This document shows positions 33,522 through 47,115 of a stretch of DNA of 64,000 nucleotides, piece by piece. Source of the DNA: the human T2T-CHM13v2.0 reference genome, Homo sapiens. The stretch lies in the NCBI RefSeq assembly GCF_009914755.1, contig NC_060930.1. One strand, 5' to 3'. A model generated the notes under the pieces. It was not told the DNA's origin. It searched no databases and saw only the letters and a program-made list of their open reading frames with translations. The number at the start of each line of letters is the position of its first letter. Positions within the stretch are counted from its first letter, which is position 1. The translations under genes were made by a program, and so were the position numbers.

Positions 33522-34263
33522 TCCGTAGGACAGACATAAATGCCCTATGAACACCCTTAGAGTGAAAGAGTTTTCAGGAGGCATCTATTTCTGCAGTATG
33601 TAAATTGAACTTTTCACAGGGGCTGTGGTTCTAAATACATATACAATAGGACACGTGGTGTGCAATGGAGTTTGAAATAAATAGAGAAAGGGAGAAGAAC
33701 AATGACTGGTGGTCAGATATGCAAATACTAATACTATTTGACATGGAATTGAAAGTTGCATGGGAAACCTAGATTTAAACTTCATCCTTTAGGTCTTTAT
33801 GGGACATTTCACTTAAATTTAAGACAATTATTTTATTTAATGGTGCATTAACTTTATTTATAACTACCAATAGCTATAAATGATATAGAGGCATACTGGC
33901 ATACTTTAAAGATATTGTGGGTTTAGTTCCAGATGGCCAAAATAAAGTGGATATTGCAATAAAATAAGTCATGTAAATTTTCAGTTTCCCAGTGAATATA
34001 AAAGTTACATTTTTACTATGCTGTAGTCTATTGAGTGCCCAATAAAATTATGTCTAAAAATGTACATAGCTTAAAAATATTTTCTTGCTAAAAAATACAA
34101 ATGATCATCTTAGCCTTCAGTGAATCATAATTTATATGCTGGTGAAATGTCTCGCCTGGATGTTGATGGCTGCTGACTGACCAGGATGATGGTTTCCAAA
34201 GCTTGGGGTGACTGGGGAAATTTGTTAAAATATGATTAATAATGAAGTGGGTCACTGAATTAA

Positions 34264-34593
<330 letters not shown>

Positions 34594-35824
34594 CACAGAA
34601 TATTTCTTTGTAATATTTGTTTTTGATAGCACTTTACTCACAGTCTAACTTCTTTCAAAATTGGAGTCAATCCTCTCAAACCCTGCTGCTGCTTTATTAA
34701 CTAAAGTTATGGAATATTCTAAATCTTTTGTTTTTATTTCAACAATGTTCATAGCATGTATATCATGAGCAGATTCCATCTCAAGATACCACTTTCTTTG
34801 TTCAGCCATAAAAAGCAACTCCTCATTCGTTCAAGTTTTATCATGAGATTATACCAGTTTACTCACATCTTCAGTCTCCACTTCTAATTCTAGTTCTCTT
34901 GCTGTTTCACCATATCTGCGTCACTTCCTCCACTGAAATCTTTAAACCCCAAAATTCATCCATGAGTATTGAAATCAACTTCTTCCAAACTCCTGTTAAT
35001 GGTGATATTTTGACCTCCTCCCATGAATCACAAATATTCTTAATGGCATCCAGAATGGTGAATCCCTTCAAGGTTTTCAATTTACTTTACCCAGATCCAT
35101 CAGATAATCCCTATCTTTAGCAGCTGTAGCCTTACAAAATGAATTTCTTAACTAAAAAGGCCTGAAAGTAAAAATAACTCCATAATCCGTGAGCGGCAGA
35201 ATGGATGTTGTGGTAGGGGCGTGAAAACAATACCTATCTCCTTGCACATCTCCATCAGAGCTCTTGGGTGACCAGGTGCATTGTCAATGAGCAGTAATAT
35301 TTTGAAAGGAATCTTCTTTTCTGAGCAGTAGGTCTACACAGAGGGCATAAAATATTAGGTAAACCATGCTGCAAACAAATGTGCTGTCATCAAGGCTTTG
35401 TTATACCATTTATAGAGCACAGGGAGAGTAGAATTAGCATAATTCTTGTGGGCCCTAGAATTTTCACAATAGAAAATTAGTATTGTCTTCAACTTAAAGC
35501 TGCCAGGTGCATTAGCCCATAATAAATGAGTCAGCCTGTTCTTTGAAGCTGTGAAGTCAAGTATTGATTTCTCTCTAGCTATCAAAGTCCTGGAAGGCAT
35601 CTTCTTCCAATACAAGGCAGTTTTGTCTACATGGAAAATCACTGTCTAATGTAGCCACCATCATCAATGATCTTAGTTAGATCTTCTGAATAACTTGCTG
35701 CAGCTTCTACGTCAGCACTTGCTTCTCGTTTTGTGCTTTTATGTTGTGGAGATGGCTTATTTCCTTAAACCTCATGAACCAACTGCTTCTAGCTTCAAAC
35801 TTTTTTCTTCTGCAGCTTTCCCCC

Positions 35825-36742
35825 TATAAACCAAAAGTATCTGAGACAGGTCTCAATCAATTTAGTGGTTTATTTTGCCAGGATTAAGGACATGCCCATG
35901 ACATAGCCTTAGGAGGTCCTGAGAATATGAGCCAAAGGTGGTCAGTCTACAGCTTGGTTTTATATGGTTTATGAAGACACACGACATTTATCAATATGTG
36001 TAAGATATTGGCTGGGCGTGATGACTCACACGTGCTATCCCAGCAATTTGGGAGGCCAAGGCAAGTGGCTCATGAGGTCAAGAGTTCAAGACCAACATGA
36101 CCAAGATGGAGAAACCCTGTCTCTACTAAAAAAACAAAAAAATTAGCCAGACGTGGTGATGGGTGCCTGTAATCCCAGCTACTCAGGAGGCTGAGGTAGA
36201 GAATTGCTTGAACCCGGGAGGCAGAGGTTGCAGTGAACCAAGATCATGCCACTGCACTCCAGCCAGGGTGACAGGGAGAGACTGTCTCAAAAAAAAAAAA
36301 AAAAAAAAAAAAAGTTGTACACTGTTTTTCCCAGAAAGGCAGGACAATTTGAAGTGGTGGCTTCCAGGTTATATATGGATTCAGATTTTGTTTTTAATTG
36401 GCAGTTGGTTGAAAGAGTTTATCTAAAGACCTGGAATCAACACAACAGAGCGTCTGGGTTAAATTAAGTGTTTGTGGAGACAAAGGTTTTTGTTAGGCAG
36501 ATGAAGTCGCCAGGTAGCAGGCTCCAGAGAGAGTAGATTGTATTAAGGTCTCTGTTTTAATGTTAATGCTGGTCAGCGTGCCTGAATTCCAAAGGGAGAA
36601 GGGCATAAGGAGGCATGTTCCACCAACCCATTCCCATCATTGCATGAACTCAGGTTTCAGGTTAATTTTGGAGAGCCATTGGCTGACAGGAGAGGTCCAT
36701 TCAGTTGGTTGTGGGTGCTTAGAATTTCATTTTTGGTTTACA
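35825..36742 (-). mobile_element. MER4-family solo LTR (ERV1)
   Basis: tataaaccaaaagtatctgagacaggtctcaatc ... cttagaatttcatttttggtttaca. Confidence 0.85.
36010..36313 (+). mobile_element. AluS (Sg/Sc-like)
   Basis: Full dimer with poly(A), inside the MER4 LTR. Confidence 0.92.
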
Positions 36743-37598
36743 TCACCAATCTCAGCCTTCATAGAACTGAAGATATTTAGAAACTTGCTCTGCATTAGGC
36801 TTTGTTTTAAGGGAATGTTGTGGCTGGTTTGGTCTTCTATTCAGACTATTCAGAGTTTCTCCATATCAGCAATAATGCTGTTTCACCTTCTTAACAATCA
36901 TATGCTCACTGGAGTAGCACTTTTAATTTTCTTCAAGAACTTTTGCTTTGCATTCACAACTTGTCTAATTGTTTGGCACAAAAGGCCTAGGTTTTGGTTT
37001 ATCTTCACTTTCTTTATGTCTTCCTGGCTAAGCTTAATTATTTCTAGCTTTTGATTTAAAGTGAGAGGTGTGTGACTCTTTCTATTTCTTGAACACATAC
37101 AGGCTATTGTAAAGTTATTAATTGGCCTAATTTTAATATTATTATGTCTCAATGAATAGGGAGATCCAAGGAGACGGAGAGACATCAGGGAAGGCTGGTT
37201 GGTGGAGCAGCCAAAACACACACACAATTTATCAGTGAAGTTTGCCATCTTATATGAGCACAGTTCATGGCACCCCAAAACAATTACGATAGTAACATCA
37301 AAGATCAGTGATCTCAGATCACCATAATGGATGTAATAATAATGAAAAACTTTAAAGTAATATGTTGTCAAAATGTGACACAGAGACATGAAGTGAGCAC
37401 ATGCCATTGGAAAAATGTTGCTGGTAGACTTGCTTAATGGAGGGTTGCCACAGACCTTCAATTTTTAAAAATCATGATGTCTGCGAACATAATATCTGTG
37501 AAGCACAAGAAAGCAAACAGCACTTAAAACAAGGTACACCTGTGTATATAAGTATCTGTATAGTGCATATATGTATATTTATATAATTTATGTCTACC

Positions 37599-37670
37599 TG
37601 TCTCTATCTACCTCTCTCTCTCTCTCTCTCTCTCTATCCACCTATCTATCCATCCACATATCTATCTATC
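37599..37670. repeat. (CT)n/(CTAT)n simple repeat
   Basis: Read directly. Confidence 0.9.
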
Positions 37671-38827
37671 TTTTCGGTCCTACTGGTGAGTATTCAACTT
37701 TAAAACTGATTTTTAAATTAGTAGGATATACATACTAAATTGTTGAAAAGCAGAAGAATGTTAAACATTTTGGTCCCTTGTCATTCAATCTGGTTATTGC
37801 ATAATCCAAGAAAGAAATACATTCTAAAGGGAATTTGAAAGAAGAGAGCAATATTACCTCAAAAAAGAAGTACTGACATTTTTGCTAACTCTTAGACTTC
37901 AAACATGTTTCTATGCTTAAAGTTTTTGAGTTGTCTCAGAAAATAGCCTTTCAAAGCTTAAAGTTACTGTTCCAGAATCATATTTATTTGCTACATTAGC
38001 TCTTTCATAATGCTATACTATCCTTGTCGTAATATTGTTTCTCTCACAAATATTCTTAACATAAGACAGATCATAATGCAATTTAACATGTAAATGTAGC
38101 TTAGTAGGGAATAGCTCAGCCTAATTGCTTTCCAAGCCCAATCAAGAAACTTAAGCTAGTAGAGAGCTGACAGTTTCAGAATGCAAAAGATTTGTCTTTA
38201 CATATTTTAACTAATTAAACTTGTAATTATTCAGAACTTTTCTTCTGTAAGCATTTAAAAAACACTTTTCAAGTCAATTTCCTGAAGTGTAGAGCAGTAA
38301 GTGATCATCAGCCACATTTCTCAAAAAGAAAATGTGAGGTAATAGCATGTATTGATGGTTTTCTTTCTGTATTATGTTTATATTAACATAGCTGAAAATT
38401 TCCAACAGACATTGTAAATGCTTCAGGGAGTATGCATTCAATTACCTCCCTCACACTTAGAAATTATTTCAAAATGGATGTCACATTTTTAAATGAAACT
38501 ATTAGAAAAGTATAAATTGTTAATGAATACAGGTGGGAATTCTTGTTAGCATAAGTAACCATAACCTTATTTTGTCACAGGGATGTTTAGGGCAGTTGCT
38601 GTTGGTCAAGGTTTATCATGTGTCTGACCCTGATATGAGGCTGTGTTTTTTTTGACTGGAGAAGTTGAATGGAAATATGCTATGTATTAGAACAACATTG
38701 ATCTCTAAGACTCAGGTTGCTTGGAGATCACAAATTTAGAAACATTTCACAAATTAAGAAGGAGAATGGAGGTTTCTCAAGTACCAATTAAGACAAATTG
38801 TAATTTTCTTATAACATGTTTTGTAGC

Positions 38828-39195
38828 TGATATGGTTTGGCTATGTTCCCACCCAAATCTCATTTTGAACTGTAGTTCCCATAATCCCCACCTGTCATGT
38901 AAGGGACCCAGTGGGAGATAATTGAATCATGGGGGTGGTTACCTCCATGCTGTTCTTGTGTTCATGAGTTCCTTCTCATGAGATCTGATGGTTTTATAAG
39001 GTGCTTTCCCCAGCCTTCATTTTGCACTTCTCTTTGCTGCCGCCATGTGAAGAAAAACGTGCCTGCTTCCCCTTCTGCCATTATTGTAAGTTTCCTGGGG
39101 CTTCTCCAGCCCTGCAGAGCTGTGAGTCAATTAAACCTCTTTCCTTTATAAATTACCCAGTTTTGGGTATGTCTTTACTAGCAGCATGAGAACAG
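38828..39195 (+). mobile_element. THE1C/THE1D solo LTR (ERVL-MaLR), last few bases missing
   Basis: tgatatggtttggctatgttcccacccaaatctc..tgtgagtcaattaaacctctttcctttataaattacccag. Confidence 0.92.
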
Positions 39196-40451
39196 TGGTT
39201 ATGCTTTTATTTAGGAAGAAGTCTTTATCTGATTCTAAATCATTTATCAGCTATAAGCTCTTGCTCCAATTCAGTGTAATTCACTACTCTCCTCACTATG
39301 CTGATCAGTGAAATGTTTCTATGCATGCATAAAATATTTCCCCTTTTAAAATTGGCTGAATAAAAACAATTACCACAATAAATATAGTGGCCTATATTCT
39401 AGTAGCAAAGTAAGCAAGTCTTTCAAGCAGAGGAAGCCTTCAGAAGTGGTATTAATTAGTGCTATTTTGACAGAGGCCATAGAAAATAAAAATATTTTCT
39501 CACCTACACAGGAGGTTTCTTAGTGTCAGGTACATTAGTGGAACAATTGTAAGTAAATTTTGAATAGTTCTTTTGCTCTAACGTGATGAAATTGCTTTTA
39601 ATCTTCCATTACAATTGCTTAGTATCTGATTTGCTAGATGAGCTTCAAAAGAAACCTAATAAAGGAAATAGGCACAAAAGGAAAAGTGGTCATGGTGAAG
39701 GTTAGATTAGAGATGCAGTTTGCCTAACTCTAATCTTTTGTAGTTAGGGAATGTTTACTTTGAATAACACTGATTGAAAAATTAGAAAATTGCAAACTTA
39801 CATATATTTAATTTTAAGGGAGGTCACATGTAAATTTCTCTGGTTTTATTTTAGGCAACTATAAGTTACATCTTCATTCTCACTTTTTAAAATAGTAGTC
39901 CTATTTAAATCATTATAATTGGAGAGGAAATTATTTTCTTACAAAAGATAACATTAATAGTCCTTGGGATATTGTGTTGCTTTGTATATTACAGATAGTA
40001 AACACAAATCCATCCTATTGGAAAGTGAATACAGACATATGAATCCACTGTTATCCTTTCCTAATAATAGTCACTCCATAAAATGTTCTTTGGAATATAA
40101 TTTAAACTGTTATTCATTTTTTAATTAGTGAGGTCACATCTTTATCCCTTAATAATTAAGTAAAATTATTCTCAAATTACATTAATTAAAATAAGTCCTG
40201 ACATTGATTAATTCATTCCAGTTGGGTTAAAGACTGCATCCTTATTTAGCATGGCCTTTGAACATTTCCAAAACACAGTGTTTACATGATATTCATACAC
40301 ATTTAATGCATTTTAACTCAATTAGATTTTCAGAAAATTAAGTCTGACTTATTTTTCAGTATTAAGAACATTCTTTATAAGAGAAACAGTTTGTCTTGAC
40401 ATAGATATTTCATATTTTCCATAGCTCTTCTTCTATTATTCTACTGAGATT

Positions 40452-40590
40452 GCCTTCTTTTCATTTTCCCGCTTCTACTTTTCCTCCTCTTCTCTCTTAT
40501 TTTCTTCTTCCCTTGCCTTCCTCCCTTCCTCCTTCTCTCTTTCTTCTCTTTCTTTCCCTTCCTCTCCTCCTCCTCTTTCCCTCTTTCATC
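40452..40590. repeat. Pyrimidine-rich low-complexity tract
   Basis: Read directly. Confidence 0.85.
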
Positions 40591-40839
40591 TTATTCAGTT
40601 ACCAAAATAAACAAAAAAAACTGTGTTTGTTCTTATTCATACATACATAAACAGTTAAATGTGAGTTACTCCACTAAACTAAACTGAAAAATAGTGTAAT
40701 GTCATACCTATTTTTCTTAAACTAAAAATATTCAGCATATCTAAACTGTTGTTATTTGACTAATAATGCATGTCAAAGGAAAGATAGAAGGAAGAAAAGG
40801 AAGAGGGATTAAGGAAGTGATAAACTTGGTTCATATTAA

Positions 40840-41035
40840 ATGTTTTATTGAACAAATATCTTAATCACCAGCAATGAGAAAGGCACTATGTTAGACGTAG
40901 GGGGAAATTTGAAAAGCTAGCTGTTAATCCTAAGAAGTTTGTCCTTTATTAGAATGGAAGACAGTAGATAATAACAATTAAAATTATAAATAACATGTAT
41001 AAACTTGTAGATAATTGTGATAAATTATAAAGGAA
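40840..41035 (-). mobile_element. L2 3'-end remnant
   Basis: ttattgaacaaatatctt..aggcactatgttagac.. Confidence 0.5.
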
Positions 41036-41359
41036 AACTAAAATCTGGAAATTTAGGATGTGAATGCATTATTTTCAAACTATAAGTCCAAATGATATCA
41101 TAAAAGATGCTTTCTGAGAGTAATTCCATAGGGTTTTCACATCTCTCAAACATCTACTCTGTGCCAGGCATTGCACTAAGCACATCATAGGCATATAATC
41201 AACACAACTGTCTGACATTACCTACAGTTCACAAGTAAGTGAATATAATTTGATAGAAATTAGGTTTTTGTTAGCTGATTCAGCAAATAAATGTGCAGAT
41301 GTTTCAATAAAACAACTTTAAAACAAGACTTTTGACAAAAGATATCTCACACATGAGGG

Positions 41360-41415
41360 ATGATCCTCAATTTATGATGGAGTTACATCCTTATAACCCC
41401 TTTGCAAAGTCAAAT
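41360..41415 (+). mobile_element. MER47/Tigger5-like TIR fragment
   Basis: gatgatcctcaatttatgatggagttacatccttataacccc resembles CAGATGCTCCTCGACTTACGATGGGGTTACGTCCCGATAAACCC (recalled). Confidence 0.55.
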
Positions 41416-41589
41416 TTCTGGCCAGTCATTGCCTGACTACTAGTTTACACTGACCCAAGAACAACATTCGGAAGCCAAACTTCAACCCCAAAACAAGAAA
41501 CAAAAAGCTGAGCGGACAGTTCAGTGTTGACTCGCTGAAGAAAGGAAGACTCTGAAAAATTGATCCTGACATAATGGAAAACAAATCAT

Positions 41590-43734
41590 CAGGGAAGCCA
41601 CACCTGCAGAGCCCGCTGCCCTGGGGGATACCACAATGGGGCCAGGTTGAGTCGTCTGCCGGCAGGGGAGCAGCAAGATCAGGCAGAGAGGGGCCCTGAG
41701 GTGGACCTGGGCCCAGGGCTGTGCCTTGCTTTGCACATGGAGCTGGGGGCGGGGGGAGGGGCTGTGAGGGGCGGGGGTGTGTGGGGAGTGGCGGAGCGGG
41801 CCTGGGGCAAGTGGAAGGGGCCGTGCTTTGTGGGGCAGAGGCAGGAAGTGAGAGCAGTGCCTGCTTTGGGGATCCAGCCAGTGGCACGGCCACTGTGCCC
41901 ACCCTGCTTGCTGTGCTTTTGGAGGAGGCTCTGTGCAGGACCTCCCAGGGCCATGTCCCTGGGGTCTGCCCTGCATTGGGTGACCACCGAGGCCGACACT
42001 CCTGATGGCTGGGCTTGGGACCCATGATGCGCACCTGGATGCACCCCCACAGGAAGGGCCACAAGCCAGGCAAGTGGGAACCCCGGGGTGCCTCTGAGCC
42101 CCAGGGCCAATGGGGCAAGCTTGTGGTGACATCGCTCCTGCCCAAAACATCGGCCAGGGCCCAGCAAAGACCTGGACCCCCTACCCCAGGCTGCAAGGGG
42201 GGCAAGGCCAGGGCTGCACACCCCACAGAGCCAGCGGGAGGCGGGGATAAGTGGGGGCCCTCCCCTTTCTGAGTTGGCAGTGTGGGAGCTCTTTAGGTGC
42301 AGCTGCAGCTGCCCTGCCGCCACCAATAACCCAGGCATTTCTGCACTCCAGGAGACGCAGGAAGGTCCTCCTGTACCTGCAGGCTTGAGAGTGTCTGCTC
42401 CCGCTGCCTGGCCTCTCCCCGCTCCTGCGCCTGCTCTGATCTTGGAACAGGGTTGGGCTCAGCTCGGTCACTGTCACAGCTCGGCCAGGAGTGCAAACGC
42501 TCTGGGCAGTGCTGACATGCTAGCCCCCTGCTGCCTTGGCCCACTCTGGACTTTGGCCACCGTCAAGCGTGGGGGTGGAGGCTGAGTGGGAAGGATGAGG
42601 GCAGCTCGGTGCTGGCCTGTAAGTGCCCCTTGGTGCGAGCAGCCTTGGTTTGAGCAGCCTTGGTGCCACGGACAGCAGCAGGAGGCCAACAGGCTCCTGG
42701 GCAGAAGGGGCAGGTCCCTGGTGAGGTCCCACCTTCAGGCCAGGGAGGGCCTCAAGGTTGGGGTCCAGGCTAACAGTCATGGGGACCGGAGTGGGAACTT
42801 GTGGTGCCTTTTCCGGGCCCATCCATGCTGGCCATGGACCAAACAGCACGCACTTCCTCCCCTCTGAGGCTCATACAAAAACCCCGGGCTCAGCCAAAGC
42901 AGGGGACGGAGAGACAACAGGACTACCACCTGCAGAGGAGCTACCCTCTCTGCTGAGAACTGCAGAGATGATGGGATGACCTACCTGCAAAGAGGAGCTT
43001 CCCACTCCAGGGTCTCCTCTCTGCTAAGAGCTAAACACTCATCGAGACACCCTGGCTGCAGAAAGAGGGTCCCCTCTGAGCTGTTCTGTCCCTCAATAAA
43101 GCTCTCCTTCGTCTTGCTCATCCTCCACTTGTCTACATACCTCATTCTTCCTGGTTGCAGGACAAGAACTCAAGACCCACCTAATGATAAGGCTAATAAA
43201 GCTGTAGCACAAACAAGGCTGAAACATGCTCCTTGTTCACCTCATTGCAAGTGAAGAGAAGTAGAGAAAAGCTGCGGCCCTTCAGGGATCCCAGACCTGG
43301 GAGCTTCCCTAGCCAATGCTGTAACTCCCTCTATGGGGCCCTGTGATTCCTAGCACCTCCAAGCTTCTGGGGACCACTGGATTCCTCAGTGCCAGCTGCG
43401 GAAGCTGTTTGTGGTGTGCCTGGTCCAGCTGCAGTCTTGCAGAGAGCCGGGCGCCCATGCCAGCACCTGGAGCTGCCCACCCCGCAGCAGCAGCTGGCGT
43501 GTCTGACTGCGCAGTGGCTGGACCACAGGCTCCATCACACATCCCTCACCACTCCATGTCTGACTCGCAGTCTCCCTTGGAGGCTTGGGATCCAGGCCTG
43601 TAGTGTGAGCTGAGCACAGCCTGCCAGGCTGAGTGGGCAGAATGAGCCCAGTGGATCTGAGCAAAACTTAGGCAAAGGCGCCACCAGCCACAGGTTTCTG
43701 GCCAGAAATGCGACACCCCAAAGATCCCATAGCA
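41590..43734 (+). mobile_element. MER52-family solo LTR (ERV1; MER52D-like by length)
   Basis: GC-rich; cttcctcccctctgaggctcatacaaaaacccc, ctgcagaggagctaccctctctgctgag, ctcaataaagctc, ends gacaccccaaagatcccatagca. Confidence 0.88.
41745..41786 (+). promoter_or_regulatory. G-quadruplex-capable GC-box cluster within the MER52 U3
   Basis: gggggcggggggaggggctgtgaggggcgggggtgtgtgggg: six G-runs, two GGGCGG; function not shown. Confidence 0.45.
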
Positions 43735-43764
43735 GTGTGAGAACGAACTAATACACCAGGGTCT

Positions 43765-44342
43765 AAAGAAAAAAGTTCCAAATGAAATTATAAATATTGT
43801 AAAATGCTTTGAGATGATCAAAGCACAACACAGCAAGATTCATGGGATGCAGCTAAATCATGCATAGAAGAAAAATTGATAGCTTTAAATGCCTCCATTA
43901 AAAAAAGAGAAAAGGTCTCAATTAATAGATAGCATAAGGTTCCACCTCAAGAAACTAGAAAGAAAAAAAAAGGAGGAGGCTAATTTTAAAAAACCAGCAA
44001 AAGGCAGAAGATAAGATAATTAGAGCAGAAATTAAAGAAATACAAACCAGACAGAATTACAAAATCAGGCACGAAAGGGGGACACCACTGTCGACATTAA
44101 AAAAAATTGAAAGAATTTTAACGAATTAATATAAACAACTTTATGCCAACAAATTAGGCAACTTAAGTCAAATGGATAAATTTCTAGAAAGACACATTAC
44201 CAAAAGTGACTGAAGAAGAAATAGGAAACCTAAATGGAAGTATGAGAAAATATAAAATTCATGAGTGATTTAAAAACTTTCCACCAAGAAAATCTTAAAT
44301 AGAGATAGCTTTATGGTGTTTTCTATCAAATATTTACAGAAA
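43765..44342 (+). mobile_element. Old L1M ORF2 fragment
   Basis: tgggatgcagctaaa..ttccacctcaagaaactagaa..aacaactttatgccaacaaatt..aaatggataaatttctagaaagacac. Confidence 0.82.
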
Positions 44343-45716
44343 TGCATATCATTCCCAATTATATAATGTTTTAGGAATTTTACACTGTTAGAGCTCCAAA
44401 CATAAAAACTGTTATTACTATTAAGGTAAATGATTTTGTAAACAGGAGGTCACTGATGACTTTTATTTGAAGTGGAGTAGAAGCCAGATTAATGAATTTT
44501 AAAACCATGATTCAGTGTATGCAGATAATCCACATTATTTTAAAAAAATCATTTCTTTAGAGAACTGAAGTAAATGGATAGTCTAACTTTCAGTATTTCT
44601 CTCTAGAAACCTGAATTGTCTAAATGGTAACATTTTATTAAGACCAAACGTTTACCTTTTCTTAAAGAGAATTTTGCAATCCAAAAAAAAAATGATTAAT
44701 ATCCCCTGACACAGAAACAAAATATTTTTCATAATAAAATTTTAGATATTGTTCAGAGTAGAAATTGGTTTTTTTTTGCAAAATTACTGAAAATTCACAA
44801 CTATTGCACAAGTTCCTCTGATTACTTGTCACCACTATTGGCAATCACAAAAGGACGATTTTGTCGTGCAATTCTTGAAGAAATTTATAGGAGTAGTAAT
44901 TTACTAGTGATTTTCCTCCCACTGTTTTCCCCACAGAGTTATGTGATTATGGAATTCTCTGGTAACTAAAGAAAAATTATGATTATCACCATCTTAAAAC
45001 TTCGTATCTTCTGTCCTTGAATATAAATTATATTTTCCAAATAAAGCTATCATCATTCATCACTATAAAATTTACATTCAGTAAGCGATGTCAAGATGGC
45101 TGTTGCTTTTTTTTAATCCAATGAAAAATAAGTCTGTATAATAAGAATAACCAAAAAGAAAGAAGAAAAGTATTGGCATTTGAAATGTTTTTTGCTGCTC
45201 AATGAAATAAATAAATCATTAACATGCTATTACTTAAACTCTTAGAAACTCTTGGTAATCATTGGTTTTTAAAACATCGTTTTTCATTGGAAATTGACTT
45301 GGCTTATGTTTCACTGGTGGTGTGATTTTGATATAAAACTTTCTGAATATTGCTCTATGTTAATAAATTCTCTAGAGAAAAGATATCATTTCATCAAATA
45401 AATTTTGCAATTTTAGAAACAGCCACATCTTGCCAATCTATTGAGTGTATCTATATATTTAATTACCCTGCACCTGTGTGAAATGATTGTTTAAACAGTT
45501 TGTATTCTGAGTGAATTACAGAGTCTGCTGGCCTTATATTGATATTACCTTCATTTATTTATGTACTACACCTACCTAAAACTTTGGCCTCATAATAAGA
45601 ACGTTAGACACAAAATTCCTACTACATCTACCAAGTGGTACATAAGCCAAGTGTGAAGAAGTAGAGTGTGGGTGTTTAATACACTTTATGTTAGAAATCA
45701 TCTTATTCTCTATTTA

Positions 45717-45795
45717 TTGGATTGGTAAAAAAGTAATTACAGTTTTGCAATTAAAACAAAACTGGAAAACTGCAATTAGTTTTGCAGCAACCTAA
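45717..45795. mobile_element. MADE1 (Hsmar1-derived ~80-bp MITE)
   Basis: ttggattggtaaaaaagtaattacagttttg ... aaaactgcaattagttttgcagcaacctaa, flanked by TA. Confidence 0.85.
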
Positions 45796-46759
45796 TAAAA
45801 GCAAATAAAATTGTAATAACCTTATGATTATTTCAACGATCATCAAATGCACAACAAAACTTATTGCATATTTGTATGATCCTGGAAAAAAATCACAAAT
45901 AATTTACCTTCTCTATGAATATATTTTTTACAAGTAAAGCTATCACAAGAATATTACAAGCCCTGGACAAATTGCTTCTGTTGGTGAAATTTTCTTTACA
46001 TAGAACTACATCTCCCTGCATTTGGGGGAAATTAAGAGGGAGGAACTGCCAATGATCAATTTCCCTTTTTCACTCCAAATATTTATTATGTTTTATTTAT
46101 TCTTAGAGTTCATCAAATTATTAGAAATAACGATATGATTCCACTATTCTTCAGAAACTCTTATCTTTTCTCTTTAGTCTTAAAAATGATAGTCTCTTAA
46201 CCATCAGGATATTGTAATAGATCTGAAAATACTGATGTAGCACCCTGGAAGCCAACTGGGTTTGCTTCATCTTTTGATAACAAATGAAATTTTAGCTCAA
46301 TCCCAATTCCACATGGACAGACAACCCGGCAGCATCCCTTTTTATGTCTTAGGGAATGCTTGAAGAAATTTGTTGGTTCAAGAGGCACAGTGTGTGGTGT
46401 CTCTAGGATCTCATATTTACAGATTGTTGCTGTCTCTTTTCATTCACTTACCATCATCCAAAGCCTTCCTTCCTTTCTTTTTTTTTTTTAGTTGCTCCAT
46501 ATACGAAAGTTTTTTTAAAAAGTCTATGTAGCAGAATTTTACTTATGATATATACAGTGATATGGTGGTGGCAGTGAAGCCAGCTTACATAATAGCTATG
46601 ATGACAATGCCAAAATGAATATTATACATCTCTATTATTATAAGTCCTTTGGCCACGTTACTGTCATATATTTCTTATAAGCCTGCTTTCTCAGTAGTCC
46701 CCAAAAGCCTGTAGGTATGTTGCTCAGAACCACTTTCCAGTTTGTAATCTTTTCCAGAT

Positions 46760-47115
46760 GATTTGACCCCATCAGCACATTCTTACTCATTTCTCATTCA
46801 GAGCTTTTAGCTCTTAATTTGTGCAGATGTTTCTGCTTGTCCCTGTTGATTCCTCTTCATACTTTGTCCCCTTGCTCAATATACTGAGCGTCTCGTGTAT
46901 GAACTGCCTGCAAGGGCTCCTTTTTGTTTGACAGCAAGCTGGCTTTAACCTATGGGAGACACCAGCAGGAAGTCAAAGGTGGAAGAGAAAAAGAGGAGGG
47001 ACTCTATTCCACTTTCACCCTATTGGGTTACCATGAGCTTACTATGTCCCTTTATATAAGAAAACTGCTCCTGTAGGTAGCTATATCTATTCTCCTAGGA
47101 TTGGTTTCAGAGCCC
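46760..47115. mobile_element. LTR16-family remnant (ERVL)
   Basis: tatgggagacaccagcaggaagtcaaagg..tgtccct..gctcctgtagg. Confidence 0.6.

Noticed and set aside
35355-37461. TIGD/CENP-B-like gene
   Set aside because: Tigger1 transposase broken by frameshifts and an LTR insertion.
41426-43836. Many overlapping ORFs up to 266 aa
   Set aside because: Expected from the GC-rich MER52 LTR; no recognisable domain.
44937-45080. Candidate exon (ttttccccacag acceptor, gtaagc donor)
   Set aside because: Stops in all three frames and such motifs occur by chance; a lncRNA exon cannot be supported without expression data.
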